This document shows positions 1-9,069 of a stretch of 64,000 bases of DNA, piece by piece. Under the pieces are notes generated by a model, which did not search any database, was not told the origin of the DNA, and saw nothing but the letters and a program-made list of their open reading frames with translations. Position 1 is the first letter of the stretch, and each line of letters starts with the position of its first letter. The DNA comes from Alphaproteobacteria bacterium (lineage in GTDB: Bacteria > Pseudomonadota > Alphaproteobacteria > SP197): positions 2,080,001 through 2,144,000 of the forward strand of contig OZ245842.1 of NCBI GenBank assembly GCA_965228895.1, given 5' to 3'. Position numbers and translations under genes: made by a program.

Positions 1-1
1 C

Positions 2-1501
2 ATCAAGAGTGAAGCCGCGGGTCTTGACCGTCTGGCCCAGTACAAACTGGGCGTGTTGCATGAGACCGGCCATCTGACGACAGCCGATCCGCCGGTTGCG
101 GTGTTCCGCTACCAGCAAGCCGCCAACGCCGGATTGCCCGAAGCGCACATTGCGCTCGCCAGACTCTTTCAGCATGGCATCGGTATCGAGGCGGATCCGG
201 TCGCCGCGCAGCAGCATCTTTTGGCAGCGATCGAAGCGCGACCGGCACTGCGCCTTCCGGCACGACCTGCCCCGACCGAGGCGGTTGCCGAAGCGACCGC
301 TGTCGAAGTACCTGCCGATGGCGATTTGCTTTCAGGCGAAGAAGGCGAGGGTGAAGGCGAGGGTGGTATTCTGGCCGCCATCACCGGCGAAACGACCGGC
401 ACGCAGATCGTCGTTGAGACCGGCACCGTCCAAACCGCGGCGATCGATCCGAGCATGTCAGCGGCAGAGTTGGAAGCTCTCGAGACGTCCGTGGTGCAAG
501 GGCAGCTACGCCGCAGAACTATCGTCGGCGCGTCATCTGATGACAGTGTGTCTGGCGGTGCCGGCGGTGGAACTGAAGTTGAATCAACGGCCGAAGCAAC
601 TGTCGCCGCCGTGTCGTCCGGCGACGACGCAACATCGGTTACCGATAGCACTAGCGAAGCCGAGCTTGGCGCCGGGATTTTGGCAGGCCTTCTCGGTAAC
701 GATGACGTTGTTGCTGAAGGCGCATCAGAATCCGACGGGCAGCCCATCGTTCAGCTTTGGGAAACCGATACCGGCGTTGCGATCGTGCCACCCGAAGCGC
801 CTTCTGCAGCCACCGAACTCGTGGAACCGTCCGAGCAATCCGAGACTGCGCTTGCGGCCGATGAGACAAGGGAGGCGGGATCGCGGTGGGTGCCTCCCGC
901 GGAGGTCGCCGCGCTTTACTACCCCAAAGAGCCGCTTGAAGAGACGACCGCAGACTTGGCGCCCGTGCCAAACCAGGAGTCCACGGGAACGGGTCAGGCC
1001 GTCGACGGCGGCGATTCCGTCAGCGTTTCGGCCGGACGTCTCGATACCCGGCAGGCCAATGACCAGCCGGACTTTTCCTGCGCCGAGACGACGACGGGTG
1101 CAACGATGGCCATGCCGGTGATTCGCGAAGAGGGCGACCTCAGCGATGAAGCGACCGATGACGAACAACGTCTTGTTGAGCCGCTCAGCCCTGACCAGTT
1201 ATCAATGCTCGAAGAGGGGTTTCGCGAAAAGGCCGCCGGTAATTTTGATGGCGCGCTCGCTGCCTGGAAGCCGCTCGCCATGGAAGGGTTGCCGACGGCG
1301 CAATACCTTGTGGGCTTGCTCTATCTCACCGGCGATGCGCTGCCGCGCAATCTGCGAGCGGCCTACGCATGGTTCAGTCTGGCGGGCGATCGCGGTCATC
1401 AACTGGCGAACTGCGAACGCCTTCGCTTGGCCGAACGTCTGTCGCCAGACGATATCGCCCTGGCCAATGACCTTGCCAGTACGCTCGCGCCGATCCCTTA
1501 G
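2..1501 (+). CDS. SEL1-like repeat protein with long acidic low-complexity linker (5' end lies outside the window)
   Basis: Frame is open from base 2 (IKSEAAGLDRLAQYKLGVLHETG). SEL1-type repeats AQYKLGVLHETG and AHIALARLFQHGIG at the N-end and AQYLVGLLYLTGDALPRNLRAAYAWFSLA at the C-end flank an E/D/A/T/S-rich middle. Confidence 0.75.
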   Translation: MKSEAAGLDRLAQYKLGVLHETGHLTTADPPVAVFRYQQAANAGLPEAHIALARLFQHGIGIEADPVAAQQHLLAAIEARPALRLPARPAPTEAVAEATAVEVPADGDLLSGEEGEGEGEGGILAAITGETTGTQIVVETGTVQTAAIDPSMSAAELEALETSVVQGQLRRRTIVGASSDDSVSGGAGGGTEVESTAEATVAAVSSGDDATSVTDSTSEAELGAGILAGLLGNDDVVAEGASESDGQPIVQLWETDTGVAIVPPEAPSAATELVEPSEQSETALAADETREAGSRWVPPAEVAALYYPKEPLEETTADLAPVPNQESTGTGQAVDGGDSVSVSAGRLDTRQANDQPDFSCAETTTGATMAMPVIREEGDLSDEATDDEQRLVEPLSPDQLSMLEEGFREKAAGNFDGALAAWKPLAMEGLPTAQYLVGLLYLTGDALPRNLRAAYAWFSLAGDRGHQLANCERLRLAERLSPDDIALANDLASTLAPIP

Positions 1502-1655
1502 GCTCAACACTCACTCGCCGTTGGCTGGTGGCGTCTTCAGCAGCAACACAGGAGTTTTGCGAACGCGCGTGATCGTCCCTTAGGGGGGTGCTTTTATCCG
1601 GTAGTCCGTGGTTGATACGCTGGCTCAGCCCACGACGCGGAATGACCAAATCCGC

Positions 1656-2240
1656 TTAGGGGGAGACGTTCTCGTCCCCTTCGGTCCAGGCCCAGGTGGT
1701 GTTGCTGGGCACCGAAGCGGGTGCCGCCTCGGCCTGTGCCGTCGTCACTTCGACGTCCGAGCACATCATCATTTCGACGGGGAAGCTGTTGCCGGGCAGA
1801 CAGACAGGTTGGACGCTGCAGACCTTTTCCGTCCGCGATGACATCGCGATGTTTGTCTGCATGCCGGTGACCACCGACTGTTCACCGTCGGACGACGCGT
1901 CGGCGACCAATTCTGTTTCCGAAGCAACGTCGTTCGTTTTGGCTTCCTCGGCTGTCGCGACGGGCACGCTTGTGTTCCCGGCGCGCGTCTCAACTTCAAC
2001 GTCCTTCGAGGCACCGCCGGGCTGCTCGCCATCGATCATGGCCAAGCAGCTTTGCGACACCGAATCATCGAGGCCGCTCAGGGCTTCCATGACGTTGGGC
2101 GCTTGGCTCGCCGCGGCTTGCCCGGGGTCGACCAGGGCGTCCAAAACCATGCCGGCGGCGGTTATGCCCAGCGTCGCGGGCTCGCAGGCCGCCGTTGTCA
2201 GCAACACGGTCGTTGCTGCGGGGATCATCAGGGAGCGCAT
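1656..2240 (-). CDS. Hypothetical lipoprotein
   Basis: Signal peptide ending in a lipobox-like LTTAA-C; Cys-containing C-terminal segment CSVQPVCLPGNSFPVEMMMC. Confidence 0.6.
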   Translation of the reverse strand: MRSLMIPAATTVLLTTAACEPATLGITAAGMVLDALVDPGQAAASQAPNVMEALSGLDDSVSQSCLAMIDGEQPGGASKDVEVETRAGNTSVPVATAEEAKTNDVASETELVADASSDGEQSVVTGMQTNIAMSSRTEKVCSVQPVCLPGNSFPVEMMMCSDVEVTTAQAEAAPASVPSNTTWAWTEGDENVSP

Positions 2241-2491
2241 GGCCAGGACTATACGCTAGTGCCGCTACCAAGTCTGATGGGTATAGGTCTTAGCCCCTTT
2301 GCCTTGATGATAAGCCAAGAGGTCTATCTTTCGGGCAGAAGACGCTCTTAAGAGGTAGAGATCCCATTTGTAGTAGACCTCCCGATACTTGGTTTACGAC
2401 CCATGCCCACAATCGTTTTTTGCCTGTCCTTGGTAGATTACTTCGCGCCCCAGGTATGAGCCGGTGGCGATTGGGATAGACAGCATAGTGG

Positions 2492-4555
2492 GTGACGGCG
2501 ATGGCAAACATCAACCTTAAGGAAATGTATGCCATCGCGGCGCAGCACTATTTGGCCGGTCATCATGAAAAGGCCGCAGCCACCTACCGCCGAATCCTTA
2601 AGATTGAGCCCGGTCGCACCGACGCCGTTCATTTGCTCGGCAAGATCGAGTACTCGCGACGCCAGTTTGAGACGGCCCTGGGGCTGTTCGAGCAATGCCT
2701 CGACATGGTGTCGGATGACGATCTGAAATTGTTGACGGCGTCGCACCGCATGCGCGGCGAGACGCTGAGATCGCTGGGGCGCCATGCGGATGCTGTCGAA
2801 GCCTGCCGTAGGGCGCTCGAACTTCAGCCTGACAGCACGCCCGCCCTTATCAGCATGGGCGCGGCACTGCGCGGCCTTGGCCGTTTGGACGACGCGTTGG
2901 CGTGCCTGGACTGTGTGATCGAGCTTGAACCGGAAATGGATGTTGCCCACAACAATCGCGGTAATGTGTTGCGCGAGATGGGTCGCTCGGCCGAAGCGAT
3001 CGCGTCCTATCGGCACGCGCTTGCCATCAATCCGCGGATGATCGACGCGCACAACAACCTCGCCAATGAATTGCGCAATCTCGGTGAGCTTGAGCAGGCG
3101 ATTGCCTCGTATGAGCAAGCGTTGAGCATGCGCCCGGATGACCCTGTCTTCCTGGTGAATCTGTTTAATGTCCTGAGCTATGCCTGCGCGTGGGAACGGC
3201 GCGCCTGGGTTGCCAATCGTCTCGCCAAGGTAACCGACGACCAAGTTCAGCGGGGCGTCTTGGTAACGGAGACTCCATTTGTCTGCAGCCTGCGCAGCGA
3301 TGACCCCGCCTTGATGCACGACATTGGAACGGCCGCGCTGGTCGCTGCCTCCCGCAAGGCGCCGACGCAGCGTAGTGATTGGCACAAGTCCGTCGCAGCG
3401 CCGGCGTCATCGGACCGGCTGCGTGTCGGGTACTTTATCGACGGCTTGGACAACCAGCCGGCGCGTCGCAAGCTGCAGACGCTGGCCCAAAGCCACGACC
3501 GTGATCGGTTTTCCGTCTTCGCTTACTGCTGCGGCAACGAGCTTAACCGTCAAAATCAGATCGAACGTGTCTGCGATGGCTATACAAACCTTCGGCACCT
3601 GGACGATGTTGAGGCAGCCAAGCGCATTGCCGCCGATGGCCTTGATGTCTTGGTCGACCTGTCGGGTCATCAACCGGGAAGTCGCCTGGGTGTCGTGGCG
3701 CAGCGCCCGGCACCGGTCCAGATGACCTGGCCAAATCTGGTCGTCACCACGGGGCCGTCGTGTGCAGATTTCTTGGTCACCGACAACGTGACGGTGCCGC
3801 CGGCTGATGCCCATCACTTTGGCGAATCTCTGCTTTATCTCCCGGCCGGCCATCAGGCCTTGGGACATGAGTCGCTGCCAATTCCGGCGCACCCCGATCG
3901 TCCGTCGCTCGGATTGCCGAGTGATGGCATTGTCTTTGCCTGTTTCGGTCGCGCGCTGCGCTTTGACCCCACTGCTTTTGACTGCTGGATGAAAATTCTA
4001 GCCGCTGTACCCGACAGTGTCCTCTGGCTGGGTCGGATGAACCGTCTGACGGTGACAAACCTGCGCGCGGTCGCCAAAGCATCTGGCATCGACCCAAACA
4101 GACTGATCATTGCCGGGCGATCGCGGGCCAAGACATCACATTTGAGCCGCCTGGCTTGCGTCGACGTGTGGCTCGACACCCACAACCAGAGCAGCGATAT
4201 GGCGTTGATGGACGCTCTTTGGGCTGGCGTTCCTGCTGTTACGCTCGCTGGCAAGACGGCGCCGGCGCGCGCTGGCGCTAGCCTCTTGAAGGCCGCTGGA
4301 CAGGACGGCTTGGTGGTCGATGGGCCGCGTGCCTATATGGCGCTTGCGATCGAATTGGCGAACCAGCCCGAGAGGCGGGACGCTATCGCCGCGCAACTGG
4401 TGACGGGACGCGATGCCGGCGCCCTGTTCGACAAAGCCGTCGTGATCAGCCGGTTCGAGCAGATGCTGGAACGTGTCGCTGGACGCGAGCCCGAACTCAC
4501 CATGCTTGAGTCCAAACTGCCCAGTCACGCGGGAGTTTCTGGCGCCGCTTTGTGA
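2492..4555 (+). CDS. TPR-containing O-GlcNAc transferase-like protein (GT41/SPINDLY family) with degenerate catalytic motifs
   Basis: N-terminal TPRs (AHNNRGNVLREMGR, AHNNLANELRNLG), then GT41 motifs RLRVGY, DGLDVLVDLSGH, RPAPVQ, ILAAVPDSVLWL and DALWAGVPAVT. Start may be the ATG at 2501. Confidence 0.85.
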   Translation: MTAMANINLKEMYAIAAQHYLAGHHEKAAATYRRILKIEPGRTDAVHLLGKIEYSRRQFETALGLFEQCLDMVSDDDLKLLTASHRMRGETLRSLGRHADAVEACRRALELQPDSTPALISMGAALRGLGRLDDALACLDCVIELEPEMDVAHNNRGNVLREMGRSAEAIASYRHALAINPRMIDAHNNLANELRNLGELEQAIASYEQALSMRPDDPVFLVNLFNVLSYACAWERRAWVANRLAKVTDDQVQRGVLVTETPFVCSLRSDDPALMHDIGTAALVAASRKAPTQRSDWHKSVAAPASSDRLRVGYFIDGLDNQPARRKLQTLAQSHDRDRFSVFAYCCGNELNRQNQIERVCDGYTNLRHLDDVEAAKRIAADGLDVLVDLSGHQPGSRLGVVAQRPAPVQMTWPNLVVTTGPSCADFLVTDNVTVPPADAHHFGESLLYLPAGHQALGHESLPIPAHPDRPSLGLPSDGIVFACFGRALRFDPTAFDCWMKILAAVPDSVLWLGRMNRLTVTNLRAVAKASGIDPNRLIIAGRSRAKTSHLSRLACVDVWLDTHNQSSDMALMDALWAGVPAVTLAGKTAPARAGASLLKAAGQDGLVVDGPRAYMALAIELANQPERRDAIAAQLVTGRDAGALFDKAVVISRFEQMLERVAGREPELTMLESKLPSHAGVSGAAL

Positions 4556-5001
4556 GTCCGCGCGTTCCTGGCATGAGAATCTCGCGATGCTGGGGGGCGG
4601 TCGCACACGGTGGCCAAAGGATCATGTTTCACCGCTACCGCAATTCCGCGCTGTCAATCGTCTACTACCCATCATTACCAAAAGGTAGCGCGACGCTCGG
4701 TTTCGAGAACCCCGAGCCGCAAAACGAGCCGGCTCCGGGGATGAACAATCCGAACAGGAGCGTTGCCGGGTATTTCGACATGCACAACCCGCTGTCGACA
4801 CCGCGTGCTTACTTCCCGGTCGAAGAGGATGACGTCGTGGTTTTCCCGTCAAATGCGTGGCATGGCGTGGCGCCCGGCAAACAGACCCAACCACGGATAT
4901 CAATCGTGGCGGATACCTTGATCGTGACCAATGCAATGAAGGGCGATGAATCTCTTCTGCCGCCGGTTTCGATGTGGCGGCGCTTAGGCGACAAGGCTTA
5001 G
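4552..5001 (+). CDS. Short putative 2OG-Fe(II) oxygenase-like protein (possibly truncated or a pseudogene)
   Basis: W-x(10)-HRYRNSALSIVYY, FPSNAWHGV and RISI resemble the H-x-H..S..YY / FPS..H.V / R-x-S pattern of TIGR02466-type proteins. The GTG overlaps the upstream stop. Confidence 0.5.
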   Translation: MSPRVPGMRISRCWGAVAHGGQRIMFHRYRNSALSIVYYPSLPKGSATLGFENPEPQNEPAPGMNNPNRSVAGYFDMHNPLSTPRAYFPVEEDDVVVFPSNAWHGVAPGKQTQPRISIVADTLIVTNAMKGDESLLPPVSMWRRLGDKA

Positions 5002-5359
5002 CCGGACTTTTCTTCAAGGCACGCAGACACAACCGATGTACTCAAAGTGGGTAGGGGGCACCTATACCATTTCGACGGCGCTGAGATTTTGATCTGGAAT
5101 ACCTTCAATGCCCGCGCGTGTAATCCTGAATCATGCTTCGAGAAAGCGTGGCGACAGCGTCTAATTGGGCCACTTCGTAAGCGTCTTACGTCCCCACGAG
5201 CGCTTCGAAGACGATGCTTCCAGCATCTGAGAAATGGCCCTCGTCGCTTCCCCGACCCCGACCTGCACCCGCGGCGGGGGCCTCTCTCACCCCGTCAACG
5301 TCATCATCCAGTCAGGTAACTGAGCGCGACTCGACGACGTCAAGATGGACTGACCGTTG

Positions 5360-5710
5360 TCAGGGCGCGCCTAAGTCGCCCAGCATCGATTGCGACTGCA
5401 AATCCATGAGGTAAAGGCGCAACTCGTGGAGATCGCGGTCTGTCTTCTGGAATGACAGCCTCACCGGATGCGCGGTGGCGAACCACTCGCGCAGGCGAAG
5501 GTGCGACCAGTCGACGACCTGCACAACCTTGCCGAGTTCCCGCGCTTGACCTAAACCGATAGTCTCGCCGGGCATGACGTGGCAGGTGTTGCATTGGTCG
5601 TCCGCAAGTGATTTGCCGGAGCTTAGATCGGTGGCCGATAGGGTGGATGAATGGATTGTTGCCGTGGCCAAGCCCACAGAAATCAACAGGAAAGTGCGCA
5701 AGCCGGGCAT
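5360..5710 (-). CDS. Small periplasmic monoheme cytochrome c
   Basis: Signal peptide followed by GKSLADDQ-CNTCH (CxxCH); a distal HP motif; SD-like AGAGG upstream. Confidence 0.75.
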   Translation of the reverse strand: MPGLRTFLLISVGLATATIHSSTLSATDLSSGKSLADDQCNTCHVMPGETIGLGQARELGKVVQVVDWSHLRLREWFATAHPVRLSFQKTDRDLHELRLYLMDLQSQSMLGDLGAP

Positions 5711-6051
5711 GGAGTTCTACCTCTGATCCATAAAGAATGCTTTTGGTGTGATCGCCGACATGGACCCGGATGAAAGATGCGGTTATCCGTTGTGGCGGGG
5801 CGTTCTAGCGTATGTGGTCGCCAGTCTAAGGCAGTGGGTGGCGCTTGACACTAACACTTCAGTCTTATGGCAAAGTTGGTGTCTTAGACTTGCGGTACGT
5901 AAGGATTTCTTCGTAAGGATCAATGCTAAATCGGCTGGTCAGAAGTATTACTCGCGAATAATCGAAATGATTCCGTTTGCTTTCTCGATCAACTCGGCGC
6001 GAACCAACACACTCGGCACAAGCTGGTGTGAATGACAACGGAGGAGACACT

Positions 6052-6573
6052 ATGAAGCTGTTTGGATCGATTGGGGCTATCTCGATCGTGAATAGACGAA
6101 TTCAAACAATTGCTGCGACGGCGTTGCTCGCCGCCGGGATCTCGATGGCAGCAAACACTAACACCGCGGTGGCGCAGGAAATTGTGCCGGACACATGGAC
6201 CGTAGACTGCCAGGCGCCGAAGTGCGTCTTGTATTATGTGACGTCCGGTATGCGGATCTATATCGGTGAAGAGCTTGAAGGCGACCGCCTCCTGATGGAG
6301 ATGCGCCTTGGCCCGTCCCTGGAAGGGACGCCGGTGACCATGCGTATCGACACAGGCTATAGCGCCGGCTTAATCGTCACCGAATGTGCAGACGAGAACA
6401 ATTGCCGCTTGATTCTCGATATCAGCGAAAACGAACAGTTGGTCGATCAGCTGAAGCAGGGTGGATCCGGCATGACCGCCTACGTGATTGACGAAGGTGA
6501 CACGATCATCATGGTGCCGTTCACGCTGAGTGGCTTTACGGCTGGCTACAACGAAATGGCAGCGGGCGGTTAG
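6052..6573 (+). CDS. Invasion associated locus B (IalB) family protein
   Basis: SD GGAGGAG before the ATG at 6052; signal peptide (AVA-Q); W-x-x-x-C, a Cys pair and the C-terminal PFTLSGFTAGY typical of IalB. Confidence 0.7.
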   Translation: MKLFGSIGAISIVNRRIQTIAATALLAAGISMAANTNTAVAQEIVPDTWTVDCQAPKCVLYYVTSGMRIYIGEELEGDRLLMEMRLGPSLEGTPVTMRIDTGYSAGLIVTECADENNCRLILDISENEQLVDQLKQGGSGMTAYVIDEGDTIIMVPFTLSGFTAGYNEMAAGG

Positions 6574-6631
6574 ACAAGCTGTCGGCGGCGCGCGCCAGCG
6601 CGCCTCCTGAACGGCTCCTTCTGCGGTAGTC

Positions 6632-7219
6632 ATGGCAGATCGACGCGTTTTCATCGTCAACGATCAAAGGAATGTCCGGGTTCTGCTCGAGACACTCCTG
6701 ACGGCTTCAGGATATGCCCCGGTCTGCTACGACGCTGGCCGGGCATTCCTGCACGACTTGCCACGCCTCAAACGGGGTTTGGTCCTCCTTGACGTACGCC
6801 TTCCCGATATCGATGGCCTGGAGGTGTTGGCCCGTATCCGCGAGGAGAACGCCAGTCTCAAGGTCATCATGATGACCGGCCATGCTGACGTCCCGGCGGC
6901 CGTGCGGGCCATGCAGGAAGGTGCCGTCGACTTCATCGAAAAACCGTTCTCTCAGGATGCCTTGCTTGCAAGCCTGGAGCGTGCGTCCAGTGCGCGGCAA
7001 AAGGCTGTTGGCGCTTCCAGAAACGTCTCGACGATGGACCGGCTGTCACCGCGCGAACGCCAGGTCCTGCAAGGTATTGTGGCGGGAAAGACCAACAAGC
7101 TGATTGCGCGCGACCTCGGCATCAGCCATCGCACTGTCGAGGCCCACCGGGCCCGTCTGATGATGAAGTCCGGCGCAGACTCCGTTGCCGACCTCGTCCG
7201 TATCGCACTCCAAGGTTAG
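6632..7219 (+). CDS. FixJ-type response regulator (REC + LuxR HTH), orphan
   Basis: LLDVRLPDIDG, MTGHADVPAAVRAM, DFIEKPF, LSPRERQVL and GISHRTVEAHRARLM. Confidence 0.9.
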   Translation: MADRRVFIVNDQRNVRVLLETLLTASGYAPVCYDAGRAFLHDLPRLKRGLVLLDVRLPDIDGLEVLARIREENASLKVIMMTGHADVPAAVRAMQEGAVDFIEKPFSQDALLASLERASSARQKAVGASRNVSTMDRLSPRERQVLQGIVAGKTNKLIARDLGISHRTVEAHRARLMMKSGADSVADLVRIALQG

Positions 7220-7245
7220 GGCGCCAGACTTTTTCGGGGACTGCT

Positions 7246-7893
7246 CTAGGTCAGTTCGGCCACCACCTGATCGGTCGTGCGTTGACGGCAGTAGCCTTTG
7301 ATCTCGTTGAGCGCGTTGTCGTGGCGTTCTTGGGAGTAGGTGGCGCAGGCATCGCCGACCAGCGTGACGAGATAACCGAGGTCGCAGGCGTCGCGTACCG
7401 CTGATTCCACACACTGATCGGTGATCAACCCGCTGATCACCAGCTGGCGGACGCCCAGGTTGCGCAGGATGTAATCGATGTGAGTCGAGACGAAGACGCT
7501 GGACGATGATTTGGGCAGCCAGATCTCATCGTCGTCCGGTGCGATCTCGTCGATGACCTTGCCATCCCACGAGCCCTTGGGCACGTGGAAGCCGGTGATC
7601 TTGTAGTCCAGGCTGCGGTCGCGGCCGTCCTTGGTCAGGCTCTCGATGGTCGTGTACATGACCTCGATACCCACTTTGCGGCACGCAGTCTGCAGACGCT
7701 GCATGTTGGGTTTGACCGTCTGCTCCAACCGCTCGAAGTAGTAGCCGTAGCGGGCATCGATATCGGCTGCCGACAGCCCCTCGAATTCGCCGCCGTCCGT
7801 CCGCGCGCAGAAATTCTGCACATCGATGAACAGGAGAGCTGACTGGCTGGGTTCTAGAGGAATTTCGCGGCTCGGTTTGGGTTCTTGTGTCAT
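7246..7893 (-). CDS. Isochorismatase-family cysteine hydrolase (PA5507-like)
   Basis: ALLFIDVQN, K-SSSSVF and GLITDQCVESAVRDA give the Asp-Lys-Cys triad; family motif DGRDRSLDYK. Confidence 0.88.
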   Translation of the reverse strand: MTQEPKPSREIPLEPSQSALLFIDVQNFCARTDGGEFEGLSAADIDARYGYYFERLEQTVKPNMQRLQTACRKVGIEVMYTTIESLTKDGRDRSLDYKITGFHVPKGSWDGKVIDEIAPDDDEIWLPKSSSSVFVSTHIDYILRNLGVRQLVISGLITDQCVESAVRDACDLGYLVTLVGDACATYSQERHDNALNEIKGYCRQRTTDQVVAELT

Positions 7894-7920
7894 GGCGCTG
7901 TCCGGGTTGGCGGATCGCTC

Positions 7921-9069
7921 TTAGGCCGAATGGGCTCGCGGATAGATCCGCGCGGCGTTCTGGGTGGCGATCATGGCGATGATACGGTCGGCCTCGGCGA
8001 CATTGCACATGTCGTCGGCGATCCAGCGGTCCAGATGCTGTTTGAGCGCGCGGCGAAACTGCAACTGACCGAGATAATAGAGCTCGGCAAGGCCAAAGGC
8101 ATCGGAGCTATAGAGCTGTTTGTAGAACGGTCCCATCTCCAGCGCTTCGCCCAGGATGTCGGCGGCCTGCGGTCCGGCGAAGTTCAGGATCACGCCGACA
8201 TCGTAGTAGACGTTCTGAAAGATCTCGGCGAGCCAGGCGGCCTCGCGCTGGAACGGATAGTTGTGCAGCAGGGTACACGGCACCTCCCAGCCTTCCATGG
8301 CGCGCAGATAGTCGGTGAAATGGCTGGGATCACAGGCGTGCATGTAGATATCGGGATCGCCGAACCCGACATGGATCTGAAGCGGCAGTTTATGGTCGCG
8401 GCATAATGCGCCGCCGGCCCACAAGCCATGGCGGACGATCTCAACCTCGTTCAAGCGGAACTTGCCGGTTTTTTCCGACGCCTTGAACCATCGGTCCGTG
8501 CCCGCCTGGACCTGTTCTTTGGTCGGCGGCGTCTGGTCGATGGCGAAGGTGACGCGATAGGCGACGATGGTCTTCAAGCCCACCGCATGTTGGGCCCGTT
8601 TGGCGAGTTCTTCGGTGAACGCTGCGGGAAAGTCCCTGGCCGATACACCGCTGCGTGCGACTTCTTCGGCCACCGCTTCGATGCGCACGACTTCGTAAGC
8701 CGGGCGGTCCGACAACTCGGCCATCATCGGCGGGGTGGCGATATCGTCGCTGCGGTGGCCGGTATCGACCAAGAGGCTCTCCAGGCCGCAGGTCCGCAGC
8801 AGCCTTTTGTTGACCTCCTCGGCACCCAGGGCGCGGCGTCGTTCGACATAGGCTTCGCCGCTGCAGAACGGTTCGAGGTCCAGCAGCGGTGCGCACCAGC
8901 GCCGCACCACCAGGCCGAGCGGCTTATCGAACTGGGATGTGCCCGGCGGAGGCGGTTTGTAACTCTCGCTCATCAGCGCCTCGAACGTGGCGAGGTCGAG
9001 ATCGCTGGGCACCACGCCGTGGCAGTGGTGGTCGATCAGGGGCAGGTCGACATTGGGTTCAGTAGGCAA
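7921..9069 (-). CDS. Amidohydrolase family protein (FluG/NodGS N-terminal-domain-like)
   Basis: IDHHCH metal motif, GLKTIVAYR, PLQIHVGFGD, LLHNYPF and YSSDAFGLAE. TTG start at 9069 after GAGAGG. Confidence 0.85.
   Translation of the reverse strand: MPTEPNVDLPLIDHHCHGVVPSDLDLATFEALMSESYKPPPPGTSQFDKPLGLVVRRWCAPLLDLEPFCSGEAYVERRRALGAEEVNKRLLRTCGLESLLVDTGHRSDDIATPPMMAELSDRPAYEVVRIEAVAEEVARSGVSARDFPAAFTEELAKRAQHAVGLKTIVAYRVTFAIDQTPPTKEQVQAGTDRWFKASEKTGKFRLNEVEIVRHGLWAGGALCRDHKLPLQIHVGFGDPDIYMHACDPSHFTDYLRAMEGWEVPCTLLHNYPFQREAAWLAEIFQNVYYDVGVILNFAGPQAADILGEALEMGPFYKQLYSSDAFGLAELYYLGQLQFRRALKQHLDRWIADDMCNVAEADRIIAMIATQNAARIYPRAHSA

Noticed and set aside
2319-2381. GAGGTCTA...TAGACCTC inverted repeat around CTCTTAAGAG
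   Set aside because: Only 8-bp arms with a poorly paired interior and a single occurrence; no function can be supported.
5002-5359. Unassigned ~350-bp region with short ORFs and weak inverted repeats
   Set aside because: No tRNA, known ncRNA motif or credible protein could be recognised by eye.
7217-7248. TAGGGC...GCTCTA between two convergent stop codons, resembling a shrunken repeat element
   Set aside because: Too short and degenerate, and it lacks the GATTCAC/GATC inner motifs, so it was not counted as a copy.
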